Shown here: piece by piece, positions 28,551-38,828 of the stretch
Numbering within the stretch: position 1 is the first letter of the stretch
Layout of the letters: each line of letters begins with the position of its first letter
Source: Spirochaetia bacterium
GTDB lineage: Bacteria; Spirochaetota; Spirochaetia; CADAEX01
Assembly (NCBI GenBank): GCA_045606105.1
Contig: JAZURI010000010.1
Location: 83,726 to 147,725 of the forward strand
Direction: 5' to 3'
DNA length: 64,000 bases
The notes under the pieces: generated by a model
Told to the model about the DNA's origin: nothing
Databases searched by the model: none
The model's input: only the letters and a program-made list of their open reading frames with translations
Made by a program: the position numbers and the translations under genes

Positions 28551-30302
28551 ATGGAAAAAAATACCCTTGTGGCTATCATACTTTGCGTAGTGGTAATAAC
28601 TGCGGGATATTTTGTTCAGGTAGTTTTTTTCCCTGTGGAGGAACCACCGAAAATCCAGCTGGAGGAGAGTGCTGCTGCCGAAGAACCAACAGTTCCGGGA
28701 GAGTCCCTGTCCCCTGTCCAGACTACGGCCTCTGTTTATGAAACTGACAGTACGGCCTATCAGGATATAGAAATAGAAACGGATGTATTCAGTGCTGTCT
28801 TCACCACCAAAGGGGGAAGTGCCAAGTCAATCAAGCTGAAGCATCATAAGGAATCTGACGGTCAGCCCCTTGATATGATTCACAGGGAGGAGAGCAAGCT
28901 CAATGCCTTCGACCTCTATTTCGGCGATATCAACAGCCGTCCTCTCGATGCAGCCTTCAACTACAAGAAATACAACAAAGGAAATGATACAGTCCTTGAG
29001 TTCTGGAAAGAGCTGGATATGACCATGGGAAGCGGAGTCCGCATTCCTGTAGAAATAAGAAAGAAGTATCTTTTCAAGCCGGACGAATATGTGGTGGAGC
29101 TTGAGGTTCAGCTTACCAACAAGGCCGGAAAGGCAGTTCAGTTCAACTACAACGGATTTGCATATTCCCTGGGATTCGGTCCTCAGATCGGTCCTAACTA
29201 TGAAAAGCTTGACGGAAAGTACGACTTCAGGAAGTACATAACCTTCAACGGCGAAAAGAAGAAAGAGGTGAAGCTCCCTAAGCCTGATACAAAGGAAGTG
29301 GACGCAAGAACCAGCTGGTCCGCAATTTCGGGAAAATACTTTGCAGTAATCGGTATTACGGATGCAACACAGTACAAGACTGTTTTCTCAAGCATTGATC
29401 TTCCGGGTCTGGGGGATTCCTCCAGGATGTTCTTCTCAAGACCTGCTTTCAAGAGCGCCAATGTAATCGATACATTCAGATTCTACATCGGACCTAAGAG
29501 CAGCAACGAGCTCAGAAGATACGACGAGGCTGAAACCAACGGCTTCGGCATGACAAAGATGGAGCTGGACAGGGTTCTGGATTCCGGAGCTATCCTGGGC
29601 TGGCTGCAGCAGCTGCTGAAATGGCTCCTGCTGGCATTCTACAACCTTATCCCTAACTACGGTGTGGCTATCATTCTTCTTACCGTTGTGGTTAAGATTG
29701 TTCTTTATCCTCTTACAAAGAAAAGCTTTGAATCATCAGCCAAGATGGCTGCCCTTTCACCTAAGATGAAGGAGATTCAGGCAAAATATAAAGGAAACCA
29801 GCAGAAGATGAATTCGGAGCTTTCTGCCCTTTACAAGAAGGAAGGGGTTAACCCTATGAGCGGATGTCTGCCTATTCTTCTCCAGATGCCGATTTTCTTC
29901 GCATTGTACGGACTCCTCAACAGCTTCTTCGAGCTGCGCGGATCGGGATTCATGGAGCCGTGGATTACAGACCTTTCACAGCCTGATTCCATTTTCAACT
30001 TCGCTCCTACATCCTACTTCTTCATCGGAAGCGATATCAGACTTCTCCCTATCCTCATGGCGGGAACCCAGATTATCTCTTCCATGCTCATGCAGCCTGC
30101 GGCAGGTGCAACCGGCGGCAGCGGCGGTCAGCTCAACCAGATGAAGATGATGACTTATGCAATGCCTGTAGTATTCCTTTTCGTTCTTTATGATGTTTCA
30201 TCCGGACTTCTCCTTTACTGGACAATGACAAACATCATATCCATAGGACAGCAGCTCTGGATCAACTACAGAAGCAAGAAGAAGGCAGAGGCAAAAGGCT
30301 GA
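28551..30302 (+). CDS. yidC: Membrane protein insertase YidC
   Basis: YIGPK, NYGVAIILLT, GCLPILLQMPIF, WITDLS, LYW. Confidence 0.95.
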   Translation: MEKNTLVAIILCVVVITAGYFVQVVFFPVEEPPKIQLEESAAAEEPTVPGESLSPVQTTASVYETDSTAYQDIEIETDVFSAVFTTKGGSAKSIKLKHHKESDGQPLDMIHREESKLNAFDLYFGDINSRPLDAAFNYKKYNKGNDTVLEFWKELDMTMGSGVRIPVEIRKKYLFKPDEYVVELEVQLTNKAGKAVQFNYNGFAYSLGFGPQIGPNYEKLDGKYDFRKYITFNGEKKKEVKLPKPDTKEVDARTSWSAISGKYFAVIGITDATQYKTVFSSIDLPGLGDSSRMFFSRPAFKSANVIDTFRFYIGPKSSNELRRYDEAETNGFGMTKMELDRVLDSGAILGWLQQLLKWLLLAFYNLIPNYGVAIILLTVVVKIVLYPLTKKSFESSAKMAALSPKMKEIQAKYKGNQQKMNSELSALYKKEGVNPMSGCLPILLQMPIFFALYGLLNSFFELRGSGFMEPWITDLSQPDSIFNFAPTSYFFIGSDIRLLPILMAGTQIISSMLMQPAAGATGGSGGQLNQMKMMTYAMPVVFLFVLYDVSSGLLLYWTMTNIISIGQQLWINYRSKKKAEAKG

Positions 30303-30321
30303 TTAAAAACAGGAGACTAAT

Positions 30322-31023
30322 ATGGAATTTGAAGGAAAGACAGAAAAAGAAGCGATAGACAAAGCTATAGAAGCCCTGGGGCTGGAAAGAGATGAATTTG
30401 ATGTGGAAATCATCGAAACCTGCAAACCGGGTCTTTTCAAGAAGGGAAGCGTGAAGATCAGGGTTCATGTTAACACACCTGAGCCGGAACCTGAAGAGGA
30501 AGTCGAAGAGGAGGAGGGATACGACGAATCTGTTCCCGAAGCCGAAAGACTTGATGCAGACAGCGATTTCGAAAACGACCTTCTTGATTTTGTCGAGGAG
30601 CTTATCGACAGGATGGATTATCCCGGAGAAGCATATATCTGTTTCAGGAAGGAAAACAAGATCGGCGTGATGATCGAATCAGAGCATTCCGGAATCCTTA
30701 TCGGAAAGAAGGGAAAGAACCTGGATGCAATCCAGCTGCTTGCAAACGTTTTTGCCGGCAAGCTTCTTGAAAATCCTCCTAGGATTATCGTGGATGTGGA
30801 AAAGTACAGGGAAAGAAGGGAAAGCAACCTGGTAAAGCTTGCAATGAAGACAGCAGATCAGGTACGCAGGACAAAGAAATCCAAGCTTCTTGAACCGATG
30901 AATCCGTTTGAAAGAAGAATTATCCACACTGCCCTCAACGACATGGACGACATTGCCACAAAGAGCGACGGAGAGGGACTCATGAAGCAGGTCCGCATTA
31001 TCTACAGGGAAAATTACAGATAA
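30322..31023 (+). CDS. jag: Jag/EloR/KhpB RNA-binding protein
   Basis: Jag N-domain (FEGKT..AI), KH LIGKKGKNLDAIQ, R3H ERRIIH. Confidence 0.92.
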   Translation: MEFEGKTEKEAIDKAIEALGLERDEFDVEIIETCKPGLFKKGSVKIRVHVNTPEPEPEEEVEEEEGYDESVPEAERLDADSDFENDLLDFVEELIDRMDYPGEAYICFRKENKIGVMIESEHSGILIGKKGKNLDAIQLLANVFAGKLLENPPRIIVDVEKYRERRESNLVKLAMKTADQVRRTKKSKLLEPMNPFERRIIHTALNDMDDIATKSDGEGLMKQVRIIYRENYR

Positions 31024-31070
31024 TATAATTCCGTGGTAATTTTCGCAAATTTATAAATAAAATGAGTAAA

Positions 31071-31115
31071 AACCCCTACTTGCCTTATTCCGCAGGTGGG
31101 GGTTATACTTTTTTT
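31071..31115 (+). terminator. Probable terminator after jag, overlapping the next promoter
   Basis: AACCCCTACTTGC...GCAGGTGGGGGTT stem (with G-U pairs), T7 tract at 31109-31115. Confidence 0.55.
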
Positions 31116-31979
31116 ATGAATAGATTACGCTTTGTTATTGCATATAACACTTCCGGTTTTATCGGAACAAAAAAATCAGTTGAGGAAATAATCGACATTT
31201 GTAAGGCCTCCGGATTCTACGGTCTTGAAGGAGACCCGGAGGGAATTTTCAACAAATCTCTTTCCGAACTCACAAAACTGGGGGAAACCTTTAAAAGCGC
31301 AGGCCTCTCCCTGGAAACCTTCCATCTTCCCTACAAGGACCCGGTTCTTGACGACATTGCCACACTGTACGAAACCGACAGAAGAAAGGTTGAGGACAGG
31401 ATGAAGGAGTGGATTGAGAAATCGGCGGCTGCAGGAAGCAGGATCGGTGTTATCCACCCTACCACCAGAAAGGGCTACAACGTGGATATCGAAGGCCTTG
31501 AAAGGATCTGTCTCCAGGCCGACAAGACAATTCAGACCATGCTGAAGTTCGGCGAACAGTTCGGCTATAAGATTGCCCTTGAGAACATGCTCCCTTATTC
31601 AGGCGGCAGACTGGGCTGTAAGAATGAGCACATGCTCCGTCTCTACGAGAACAACAAACACCCTAACCTCGGTTTCTATCTTGATACAGGCCATTCTTTG
31701 GTAGCCCACGGAAAGGATGCCATGGGTGCATACCATGCCATGAAGGAGCATCTTTTCGGATTCCATCTGGCAGACAACGGAGGAGACAGGGACTCCCATC
31801 TCCAGCCGGGAAAGGGAAACTACTGCTGGGGCGATTTCTTCAGAGAAGTGGAAAAACTGGATTTCAGGGGCAATGTATGTGTGGAAGCTCCCCCTTTCGC
31901 ATTGGGTCCCGATTACTCAAAGGAAGCATGGGCAAAGATGTTTGCCGAGCTCAATGAACTTGCGGAAAAAAAAGCTTGA
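31116..31979 (+). CDS. Sugar-phosphate isomerase/epimerase, xylose-isomerase-like TIM barrel
   Basis: Metal-ligand pattern ALEN / LDTGH / FHLAD..DSH / VE; start moved to ATG 31116. Confidence 0.8.
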   Translation: MNRLRFVIAYNTSGFIGTKKSVEEIIDICKASGFYGLEGDPEGIFNKSLSELTKLGETFKSAGLSLETFHLPYKDPVLDDIATLYETDRRKVEDRMKEWIEKSAAAGSRIGVIHPTTRKGYNVDIEGLERICLQADKTIQTMLKFGEQFGYKIALENMLPYSGGRLGCKNEHMLRLYENNKHPNLGFYLDTGHSLVAHGKDAMGAYHAMKEHLFGFHLADNGGDRDSHLQPGKGNYCWGDFFREVEKLDFRGNVCVEAPPFALGPDYSKEAWAKMFAELNELAEKKA

Positions 31980-32020
31980 AATAAGTTTTTGAATAAAAAA
32001 ATAAAATTGGAGGAAAACAA

Positions 32021-33574
32021 ATGAAAAAAGTCTTAATGACATGCCTTATGCTTATGCTTGCATTCAATGTTTTTGCAGCAGCCAACGCAGAACAGGCCCC
32101 TAAGAATGTAGACGAGCTCGTAGTTGCTGTTCCTGCTCTCCCCGCAACACTGGAGCCGGCTGATATTTCAAACGCAACCGTAGCTATGTACCGTGTTTTC
32201 ATGAACATGTATGACACACTCATTTCATTCGACTACAAGAACAACACAGGTATCAAACCGGGTCTTGCAGAATCCTGGAAGCAGATTGACGATACCACTC
32301 TCGAACTTTATCTCAGAAAGGGTGTAAAGTTCCATGACGGTTCAGATTTCACAGCTGACGATGTTGTAGCAACATTCGGACCTAGAAGACCTTTCTCTGC
32401 AGATTCCATCATGGGAAAGGACAAGAACTTCCCTTCATTCAAGGAAGTACAGAAAATTGATGATTACACAGTAAGAATCGTGACAAAGAAACCGGATCCT
32501 ACAGCAAAGCAGATCCTTTCCCTTTCACCTTACTCCATCATCAGCGGCAAGGCTTTCAATTCAACAGATTTCAAGCAGTGGCAGTACAAGCCGGTTGCTA
32601 CAGGACCTTACAAGGTAGTTGAATTTGTAGATTCCGAACACCTTATCCTCGAAGCAAACGAGAATTACTGGGGCGGAAAACCTGCATACAAGAAAATCTC
32701 CTTCAAGGTTGTTCCTGAAATCGCAGCAAGAATCGCAGGTCTCCAGGGCGGCGACTACCATATCATCGTAGACGTATCTCCTGACCTTCATGCAACAGTT
32801 GCTGCAGACAACAGAGTTGAAATCATCGGCGGACCTATCACAACCGCAAGAACAATCTATTTCAACATGCACAAGCCTTACATGGACCTTTACCTCAGAT
32901 ATGCACTCAGCTATGCTATCGACAGACAGCTTCTCTGCGACACACTGTGGAACGGCATGGTAGAAGTTCCTAACGGAATCCAGTGGCAGTCTTACGGCGA
33001 TATGTTCATCGGCGAACACAAAAAGCCAAAATACGATCCTGCTCTCGCAAAGGAAATGCTCAAGAAGTCAAAGTACAAAGGCGAGGTTCTTCAGTACAGA
33101 GTACTCAAGGACTACTACACAGGCGAGCTTGACACAGCACAGGCTTGTATCGAGATGTGGAAGGCAGTAGGAATCAACGTGGAAATCCAGGTATGTGAAA
33201 ACTGGAGCCAGGTAAATGCACCTGATGCAAACGGAATCAGAACATACGACATGAGAAACACTTCTCACAACGGTCTGTTCCCTGACCCTGCAGCAGCTCT
33301 CTGGAGAACATACAAGCCTACATACGATGCTACAAGATTCAACAACTGGAATGCACCTGATTTCCATGCACAGGGTGAAATTCTTGCATCATCCCTTGAT
33401 CAGGCCAAAAGACGCGCAGCATTCAAGAAAATGCTCGAGATCTGGGATGAAAACCCACCTGCAGTTCTTCTTTACAGCAATGCGGTATTCTTCGCAAAGC
33501 TCAAAGGTGTAGACTGGCAGCCATATGAAGCAAACTTCATGGATTTCGGTCCTAAGAATGTGACTGCAAAATAA
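32021..33574 (+). CDS. ABC transporter solute-binding protein, family 5 (DppA/OppA-like)
   Basis: Signal peptide; PGLAESW, LRKGVKFHDGSDFTADDV, TGPYK, AIDR; GGAGG RBS. Confidence 0.9.
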   Translation: MKKVLMTCLMLMLAFNVFAAANAEQAPKNVDELVVAVPALPATLEPADISNATVAMYRVFMNMYDTLISFDYKNNTGIKPGLAESWKQIDDTTLELYLRKGVKFHDGSDFTADDVVATFGPRRPFSADSIMGKDKNFPSFKEVQKIDDYTVRIVTKKPDPTAKQILSLSPYSIISGKAFNSTDFKQWQYKPVATGPYKVVEFVDSEHLILEANENYWGGKPAYKKISFKVVPEIAARIAGLQGGDYHIIVDVSPDLHATVAADNRVEIIGGPITTARTIYFNMHKPYMDLYLRYALSYAIDRQLLCDTLWNGMVEVPNGIQWQSYGDMFIGEHKKPKYDPALAKEMLKKSKYKGEVLQYRVLKDYYTGELDTAQACIEMWKAVGINVEIQVCENWSQVNAPDANGIRTYDMRNTSHNGLFPDPAAALWRTYKPTYDATRFNNWNAPDFHAQGEILASSLDQAKRRAAFKKMLEIWDENPPAVLLYSNAVFFAKLKGVDWQPYEANFMDFGPKNVTAK

Positions 33575-33600
33575 TTTCTGTATAAAATACAGCAATACAG

Positions 33601-33624
33601 CCCCGCAATTTGCGGGGTTTTTTT
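33601..33624 (+). terminator. Intrinsic terminator after SBP gene
   Basis: CCCCGC-aattt-GCGGGG-TTTTTTT. Confidence 0.85.
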
Positions 33625-33663
33625 ATTTACTTTTAAAAAAATAAGGTGTATAATGTCTACAAT

Positions 33664-34185
33664 ATGGCAAAAGCAAAATCTAACACTTTTTTTTCTGTCG
33701 GAGAATATGTCGTGTACCCTGTCCAGGGGGTAGGCGAGATCAGAACCATTGAAAAAAGACCGTTCAAGGATCAGGAAGTACTCTATTACGAAATCTATTT
33801 CGAAACCACCGACATGACAGTCATGGTTCCGGTAGAAAAGGCTGAGGCAATCAGGATAAGGAAGATCATTTCCGAGAAGGAAGCCCTGAAGGCCTTGGAC
33901 CGGATAGGAGAGGACTATATCCCATCCACAGCTGACTGGAAGACAAGATATCAGCAGAACCTGGACAAGCTCAAGACCGGCGATATCAACGATGTGGCCG
34001 TGGTGGTAAGGGCACTTTATGACAGAAGCAAGCTGAAGGAACTTCCTATACTGGAGAGAAAGCTCTATGACAATGCCATAAAGCTTCTTATTGACGAAAT
34101 TTCCATCGCCATGAAAAAGTCCAAGAAAGAGAGCGAGACCCTTATTTTCGAAAAGCTTGAAGCTGAAAAAACCAAGGAAGAATAA
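33664..34185 (+). CDS. carD: CarD family RNA-polymerase-binding factor
   Basis: FSVGEYVVYPVQGVG, conserved W (DWKTRY); start moved to ATG 33664. Confidence 0.9.
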   Translation: MAKAKSNTFFSVGEYVVYPVQGVGEIRTIEKRPFKDQEVLYYEIYFETTDMTVMVPVEKAEAIRIRKIISEKEALKALDRIGEDYIPSTADWKTRYQQNLDKLKTGDINDVAVVVRALYDRSKLKELPILERKLYDNAIKLLIDEISIAMKKSKKESETLIFEKLEAEKTKEE

Positions 34186-34240
34186 CAAATAATTTTTTTA
34201 GTTACTTGACCATATTTAAATCAAAATGTTATCTATATAT

Positions 34241-35620
34241 GTGGAAAACATTTTAGATAAAATCAAACATTATTGCGGAATCGTGGGAATCTATTCAAAG
34301 AACCCATGCAATATCCCGCAGCATCTCTTTTACACTTTATTTACCTTACAGCATCGTGGTCAGGAAAGTGCCGGTATTTCCTATCTCAAGAACGGTGAAA
34401 TCGTTACCTACAGAGATTTGGGTTCAGTGCCGACAGTTCTCTCAAGATACCTGTCCATGGACAGACCTACCTGCACAGGAATAGGACATGTGTGTTACTC
34501 AACAAAGGGGGGAAACAGAATAGAGAGCGCACAGCCGATTCACGTTGTATGCAACAAGGGGCAGATTGCTCTGGCACACAACGGAGCTATTACCAATGCA
34601 GACAAGATCCGTAAAAGCCTGGTGGATATCGGTGCGATTATCAGAAGTACAACAGATACAGAACTTATCATTCATCTGCTTTCTCGAACTATTACTTCGG
34701 ATTTTGACGAAGCGCTGAAAGAGGTTCTCGGAAAACAGGTCGAAGGTGCATACGGCCTCGTCATGATGCATGAGCAGGATCTTTACGGAATGAGGGATCC
34801 GAACGGTATCAGACCTCTCTGGGTAGGTAAGAAGGATGACATGGTGGTTTTCGCTTCGGAAACCTGTGCCCTGGATATTCTTCAGATTACAGATTACAGG
34901 GAAGTGGAGCCGGGAGAAATCGTCAAGGTACATGAGGGCGAGATTTCCTCCTTCTTCATTGAGCCTAAAAAGAAGAATGCCTGTATTTTCGAACTTATTT
35001 ATTTTGCCCGCCCTGATTCAAGAGTTTTCGGCAAATCGGTATACATGATGAGAAAAGCCATGGGAAGAGCTCTGGCCGAAGAGGAAACCGTGGAAGGAGA
35101 TGTTGTTATCTCTGTTCCTGATTCCGGTAACTATGCAGCCCTCGGTTATGCTGAGAGATCGGGACTTCCGTTTGAGTACGGACTTTCCAGAAACCACTAT
35201 GCCGGAAGATCATTCATCATGCCATCCCAGAGCCAGAGAGAGTTTATGGTAAGAATGAAGCTCAATCCTATCAAGGAGGTTGTGGCAGGCAAGAGAATCA
35301 TCATGGTGGACGATTCCCTCGTAAGAGGTACCACAAGCAAGCTTATCATCAAAATGCTCAGGGAAGCAGGAGCCAAGGAAATCCATCTCAGGCTCTCTTC
35401 ACCGGAGGTAAAATGGCCATGTTATTTCGGTATAGACATCACCACCCGTGACGAGCTTATTTCCAACAGGCTTACACCGGAAGGTCTTGCAGAATACACA
35501 GGAGCCGATTCGGTAAAATTTCTCTCACTGGAGAGTCTGAAAAAATGTGTTACAGAGGGCGATGACTTCTGTTGTGCATGTTTTTCTGGAGAATATCCGG
35601 TAAAAGTTGAAGGAGTTTAA
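34241..35620 (+). CDS. purF: Amidophosphoribosyltransferase (Fe-S, propeptide type)
   Basis: CGIVG, QHRGQ, CIFE.IYFARPDS, VDDSLVRGTT, CxAC. A GTG start at 34241 gives an 11-residue propeptide before the catalytic Cys. Confidence 0.93.
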   Translation: MENILDKIKHYCGIVGIYSKNPCNIPQHLFYTLFTLQHRGQESAGISYLKNGEIVTYRDLGSVPTVLSRYLSMDRPTCTGIGHVCYSTKGGNRIESAQPIHVVCNKGQIALAHNGAITNADKIRKSLVDIGAIIRSTTDTELIIHLLSRTITSDFDEALKEVLGKQVEGAYGLVMMHEQDLYGMRDPNGIRPLWVGKKDDMVVFASETCALDILQITDYREVEPGEIVKVHEGEISSFFIEPKKKNACIFELIYFARPDSRVFGKSVYMMRKAMGRALAEEETVEGDVVISVPDSGNYAALGYAERSGLPFEYGLSRNHYAGRSFIMPSQSQREFMVRMKLNPIKEVVAGKRIIMVDDSLVRGTTSKLIIKMLREAGAKEIHLRLSSPEVKWPCYFGIDITTRDELISNRLTPEGLAEYTGADSVKFLSLESLKKCVTEGDDFCCACFSGEYPVKVEGV

Positions 35621-35621
35621 A

Positions 35622-36590
35622 ATGGCAGTAGTAAAATCTTATGAAGAAGCCGGCGTTAGCATTGAAAAAGGGGATAAATTTGCAAGCTTCATCGGAGCAA
35701 TGAAATCAAAGGCAGTATCAAAAAGCATCGGTGGTTTTGCAGGCGGACTTCCTATCGATCTCAAGAAGTACAAGAATCCTGTAATGCTTTCCACCACTGA
35801 CGGAGTAGGAACAAAGCTGCTTATTGCCCAGGAGCTGGGAATATATGACACAGTGGGAATCGACCTGGTAGCCATGTCCGTAAACGACCTTATCGTATGC
35901 GGTGCGGCACCTATGACATTCCTGGATTATATTGCATGCGGAAAAATCAACGAGGAAATGCTCCATGAGATCATCAAGGGGGTAATCACAGGCTGTGAAC
36001 AGGCTGAATGTACCCTTTCCGGCGGAGAAACAGCAGAGATGCCTGATGTATATTCAGAGGGCGACTTTGATCTGGCCGGCTTTGCGGTAGGTATCGTGGA
36101 CAAGGACAAGATGCTTCCGAGAAAGAAGAATATAAAGAAAGGGGATATCATCCTCGGTCTTCCTTCCGCAGGTATCCACTCCAACGGTCTTTCCCTGGCA
36201 AGAAAGGTTATCGACAAATCTGACAAGGAAGGAAGAAAAGAGCTTCTCAGACCTACAAAGATCTATGTAAAGGAGCTCAAGAAGCTTCTCGCCAAGGATA
36301 TGATCGAAGCTGCGGCCCACATCACAGGCGGCGGTCTTACAGGAAACCTGGTTCGTACACTTCCTAAGACAGTAAAACCTGTTTTCGATACAACAGCATG
36401 GGAGGTTCCTGAAATCTTCAAGAAAATCCAGAAGGACGGAGAAATCGATCCTGTGGAAATGGAGAGGGTATTCAACATGGGAATCGGTATTGCAATGGTT
36501 GTAAAGAAAGAGAATGCGGCTGAGGTTATCAGCAGCGCCAAGAGAAGCAGAATTGCAATCAAGGTTATCGGAGAGATTGTAAATGGCTGA
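35622..36590 (+). CDS. purM: AIR synthetase
   Basis: TDGVGTK, GGETAEMP, HSNG, HITGGG, FNMGIG. Confidence 0.95.
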   Translation: MAVVKSYEEAGVSIEKGDKFASFIGAMKSKAVSKSIGGFAGGLPIDLKKYKNPVMLSTTDGVGTKLLIAQELGIYDTVGIDLVAMSVNDLIVCGAAPMTFLDYIACGKINEEMLHEIIKGVITGCEQAECTLSGGETAEMPDVYSEGDFDLAGFAVGIVDKDKMLPRKKNIKKGDIILGLPSAGIHSNGLSLARKVIDKSDKEGRKELLRPTKIYVKELKKLLAKDMIEAAAHITGGGLTGNLVRTLPKTVKPVFDTTAWEVPEIFKKIQKDGEIDPVEMERVFNMGIGIAMVVKKENAAEVISSAKRSRIAIKVIGEIVNG

Positions 36591-37170
36591 TTTTGCTGTC
36601 CTGGTATCGGGAAACGGATCCAATTTTCAGGCAATAGCCGAAAAGCTGGCAGACTCAGGTCACTGCCTCAGATGCATGATCTGCGACAGGAAGGATGCTT
36701 ATGCCTTTGAAAGGGCAAGGAATCTCGGTATAAAGGCCTATCACGTTTCCTATTACAAGAGGGACAGGGAAGAGGCAGAAAAGGAAATATGCTCCATACT
36801 TGAGGCTGAAAACATTCAGCTGGTGGTACTGGCCGGATTCATGAGACTTCTTACTCCGTTCCTGGTAGACAGATTCAGGAACAGGATAATGAACATCCAT
36901 CCGGCCCTTCTGCCGAAGCATCCGGGTACCCACGGAATTCCGGACAGCTACAATTCCGGTGACAAGGAACTCGGCATTACTATCCATTACGTGGATTACG
37001 GCATGGATACAGGCCCGGTGATTGTCCAGAAATCCTTTGAAAGGGACTTTACCGAGTCTATCGAAGAAATCGAAGAAAAAATACATAAATTAGAACATAT
37101 ACATTATCCGGAAACCATCAGAAAGGTTCTGGATTCGCTGAATACCCAGCAACAGAGGGGGAAATTTTGA
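36583..37170 (+). CDS. purN: GAR transformylase
   Basis: SGNGSN, LAGFMR, NIHPALLP, DTGP. Confidence 0.95.
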   Translation: MADFAVLVSGNGSNFQAIAEKLADSGHCLRCMICDRKDAYAFERARNLGIKAYHVSYYKRDREEAEKEICSILEAENIQLVVLAGFMRLLTPFLVDRFRNRIMNIHPALLPKHPGTHGIPDSYNSGDKELGITIHYVDYGMDTGPVIVQKSFERDFTESIEEIEEKIHKLEHIHYPETIRKVLDSLNTQQQRGKF

Positions 37171-38420
37171 AAGTTTTGGTTCTTGGTTCAGGTGCAAGAG
37201 AGCATGCAATAGCATGGAAGTTTTCTAAAAGCAAGATTCTTTCAGGCCTTTATGTGGCCCCGGGAAATGCCGGAACAGAAGAGATTGCCGAAAATCTTTA
37301 TGATGTTGATCCCTGCAACAGTGCCAGTGTAATCAATGCCTGCAGAAAATACGGTATCGACTTTGTTTTCGTAGGGCCGGAAGCACCTTTGGCTGCCGGT
37401 GTGGTGGATGATCTTGAAGCGGAAGGAATCTATGCCTTCGGGCCGTCAAAATATGCGGCACAGCTTGAATCAAGCAAGCTTTTCTCCAAGTCATTCATGC
37501 AGAGACATAACATTCCTACAGCCTATTCCGAGGAATTCGACAATGTAAAGGCCTTTGAAAAGGCTATCTACAAGACAAGCGGCAAGGTGGTAATCAAGAA
37601 GAACGGTCTTGCGGCAGGAAAGGGTGTACTGGAATCTGACAATATTGACGAGCTTCTGGAGTTCGGAAGAAATATCCTCAAGGATGATACTCTTCTGGTG
37701 GAGGAATTCCTTACAGGATGGGAAACCTCGGTTTTTGTCCTGTCCGACGGAAAGAACTATGCTATCCTCCCTCCATGTGCAGACTTCAAGAAGGCTTATG
37801 ACGGAGACAAGGGTCTCAATACAGGAGGAATGGGCTCCATCTGTCCTGTACCTACAGTTTCCAGAAAGCTTCTGGAGCAGATAAAGAAAGAGGTGATTGA
37901 TCCTACCTTCGAGGGAATAAAGAAGGACGGATTCACATATAAGGGACTTCTCTATTTCGGTATCATGGTAACCGAAAAGGGCCCTATGCTCCTGGAATAC
38001 AATGCCAGGTTCGGGGATCCTGAAACACAGGCTCTTCTCCCCCTTATCGAATCTGATTTCGGAAGCCTTTTCGATGCAGTGAGAAAGCAGGAGCTCAACA
38101 CCTTCCCGCTGGAGGTTTCCAACAAGTGCTCCCTGTGCGTTGTAATTGCCGCAGGCGGTTATCCGGGTGCATACAAGAAGGGGAATGTGGTACATTACAT
38201 GCCGAGATTCAGGGATGAGTTCGTGGTTATCTTCCACGCCTCCACAAAGCTGGATATCGAGAAGAATATCGTGACAAACGGCGGAAGATGCTTCTCCGTG
38301 GTAGGTCTGGGAGACGATTTCACAGAAGCAAGCAGAAATGCCTATATCGGTACCAACGAGGTTTACTTCAAGGACTGCTTCTACAGAAGCGATATCGGCA
38401 AGAAATTTTTCGAGGAATAA
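37167..38420 (+). CDS. purD: GAR synthetase
   Basis: GSGAREHA, GPEAPL, GLAAGKGV, NTGGMG, EYNARFGDPE. Confidence 0.95.
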   Translation: MKVLVLGSGAREHAIAWKFSKSKILSGLYVAPGNAGTEEIAENLYDVDPCNSASVINACRKYGIDFVFVGPEAPLAAGVVDDLEAEGIYAFGPSKYAAQLESSKLFSKSFMQRHNIPTAYSEEFDNVKAFEKAIYKTSGKVVIKKNGLAAGKGVLESDNIDELLEFGRNILKDDTLLVEEFLTGWETSVFVLSDGKNYAILPPCADFKKAYDGDKGLNTGGMGSICPVPTVSRKLLEQIKKEVIDPTFEGIKKDGFTYKGLLYFGIMVTEKGPMLLEYNARFGDPETQALLPLIESDFGSLFDAVRKQELNTFPLEVSNKCSLCVVIAAGGYPGAYKKGNVVHYMPRFRDEFVVIFHASTKLDIEKNIVTNGGRCFSVVGLGDDFTEASRNAYIGTNEVYFKDCFYRSDIGKKFFEE

Positions 38421-38423
38421 AAA

Positions 38424-38828
38424 ATGAAGGATATACTTTTTATCATCGGTTCCGAGTCTGACAAGGCTGCAGTTGAACCGGGAATGAACCTTATTGCTGA
38501 AAAGAACATGACAGGAGACCTGGTGGTATATTCTGCCCACAGACATCTTCCTGAGCTTACAGAGTTTCTTAAGGAACATGAGGATGAATACAAGATCATC
38601 ATTACAGCCGCAGGACTTTCAGCCGCCCTTCCGGGTGTGGTTGCAGCCCTTTCAAAGAAGCCTGTAATCGGAATCCCGCTGGTGGCAGGTGCCCTCAACG
38701 GAATCGATGCTCTCCTTTCAATTCTCCAGCTGCCAAAGGGAATTCCTGTGGCAACCATGGGAATCGGCAAGCAGGGTGTCCTTAACGCAGTTCACCTGGC
38801 AGAGCGTATTATCAGGAATTTTGCCTGA
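38424..38828 (+). CDS. purE: PurE-family AIR carboxylase/N5-CAIR mutase (atypical)
   Basis: GSESD, SAHR, PVIGIP, P.GIPVAT. Confidence 0.9.
   Translation: MKDILFIIGSESDKAAVEPGMNLIAEKNMTGDLVVYSAHRHLPELTEFLKEHEDEYKIIITAAGLSAALPGVVAALSKKPVIGIPLVAGALNGIDALLSILQLPKGIPVATMGIGKQGVLNAVHLAERIIRNFA

Noticed and set aside
33472-34188. 238-aa minus-strand ORF
   Set aside because: Antisense to carD and crosses a terminator; no motifs
37491-38579. 362-aa minus-strand ORF
   Set aside because: Antisense shadow of purD/purE with no recognisable motifs
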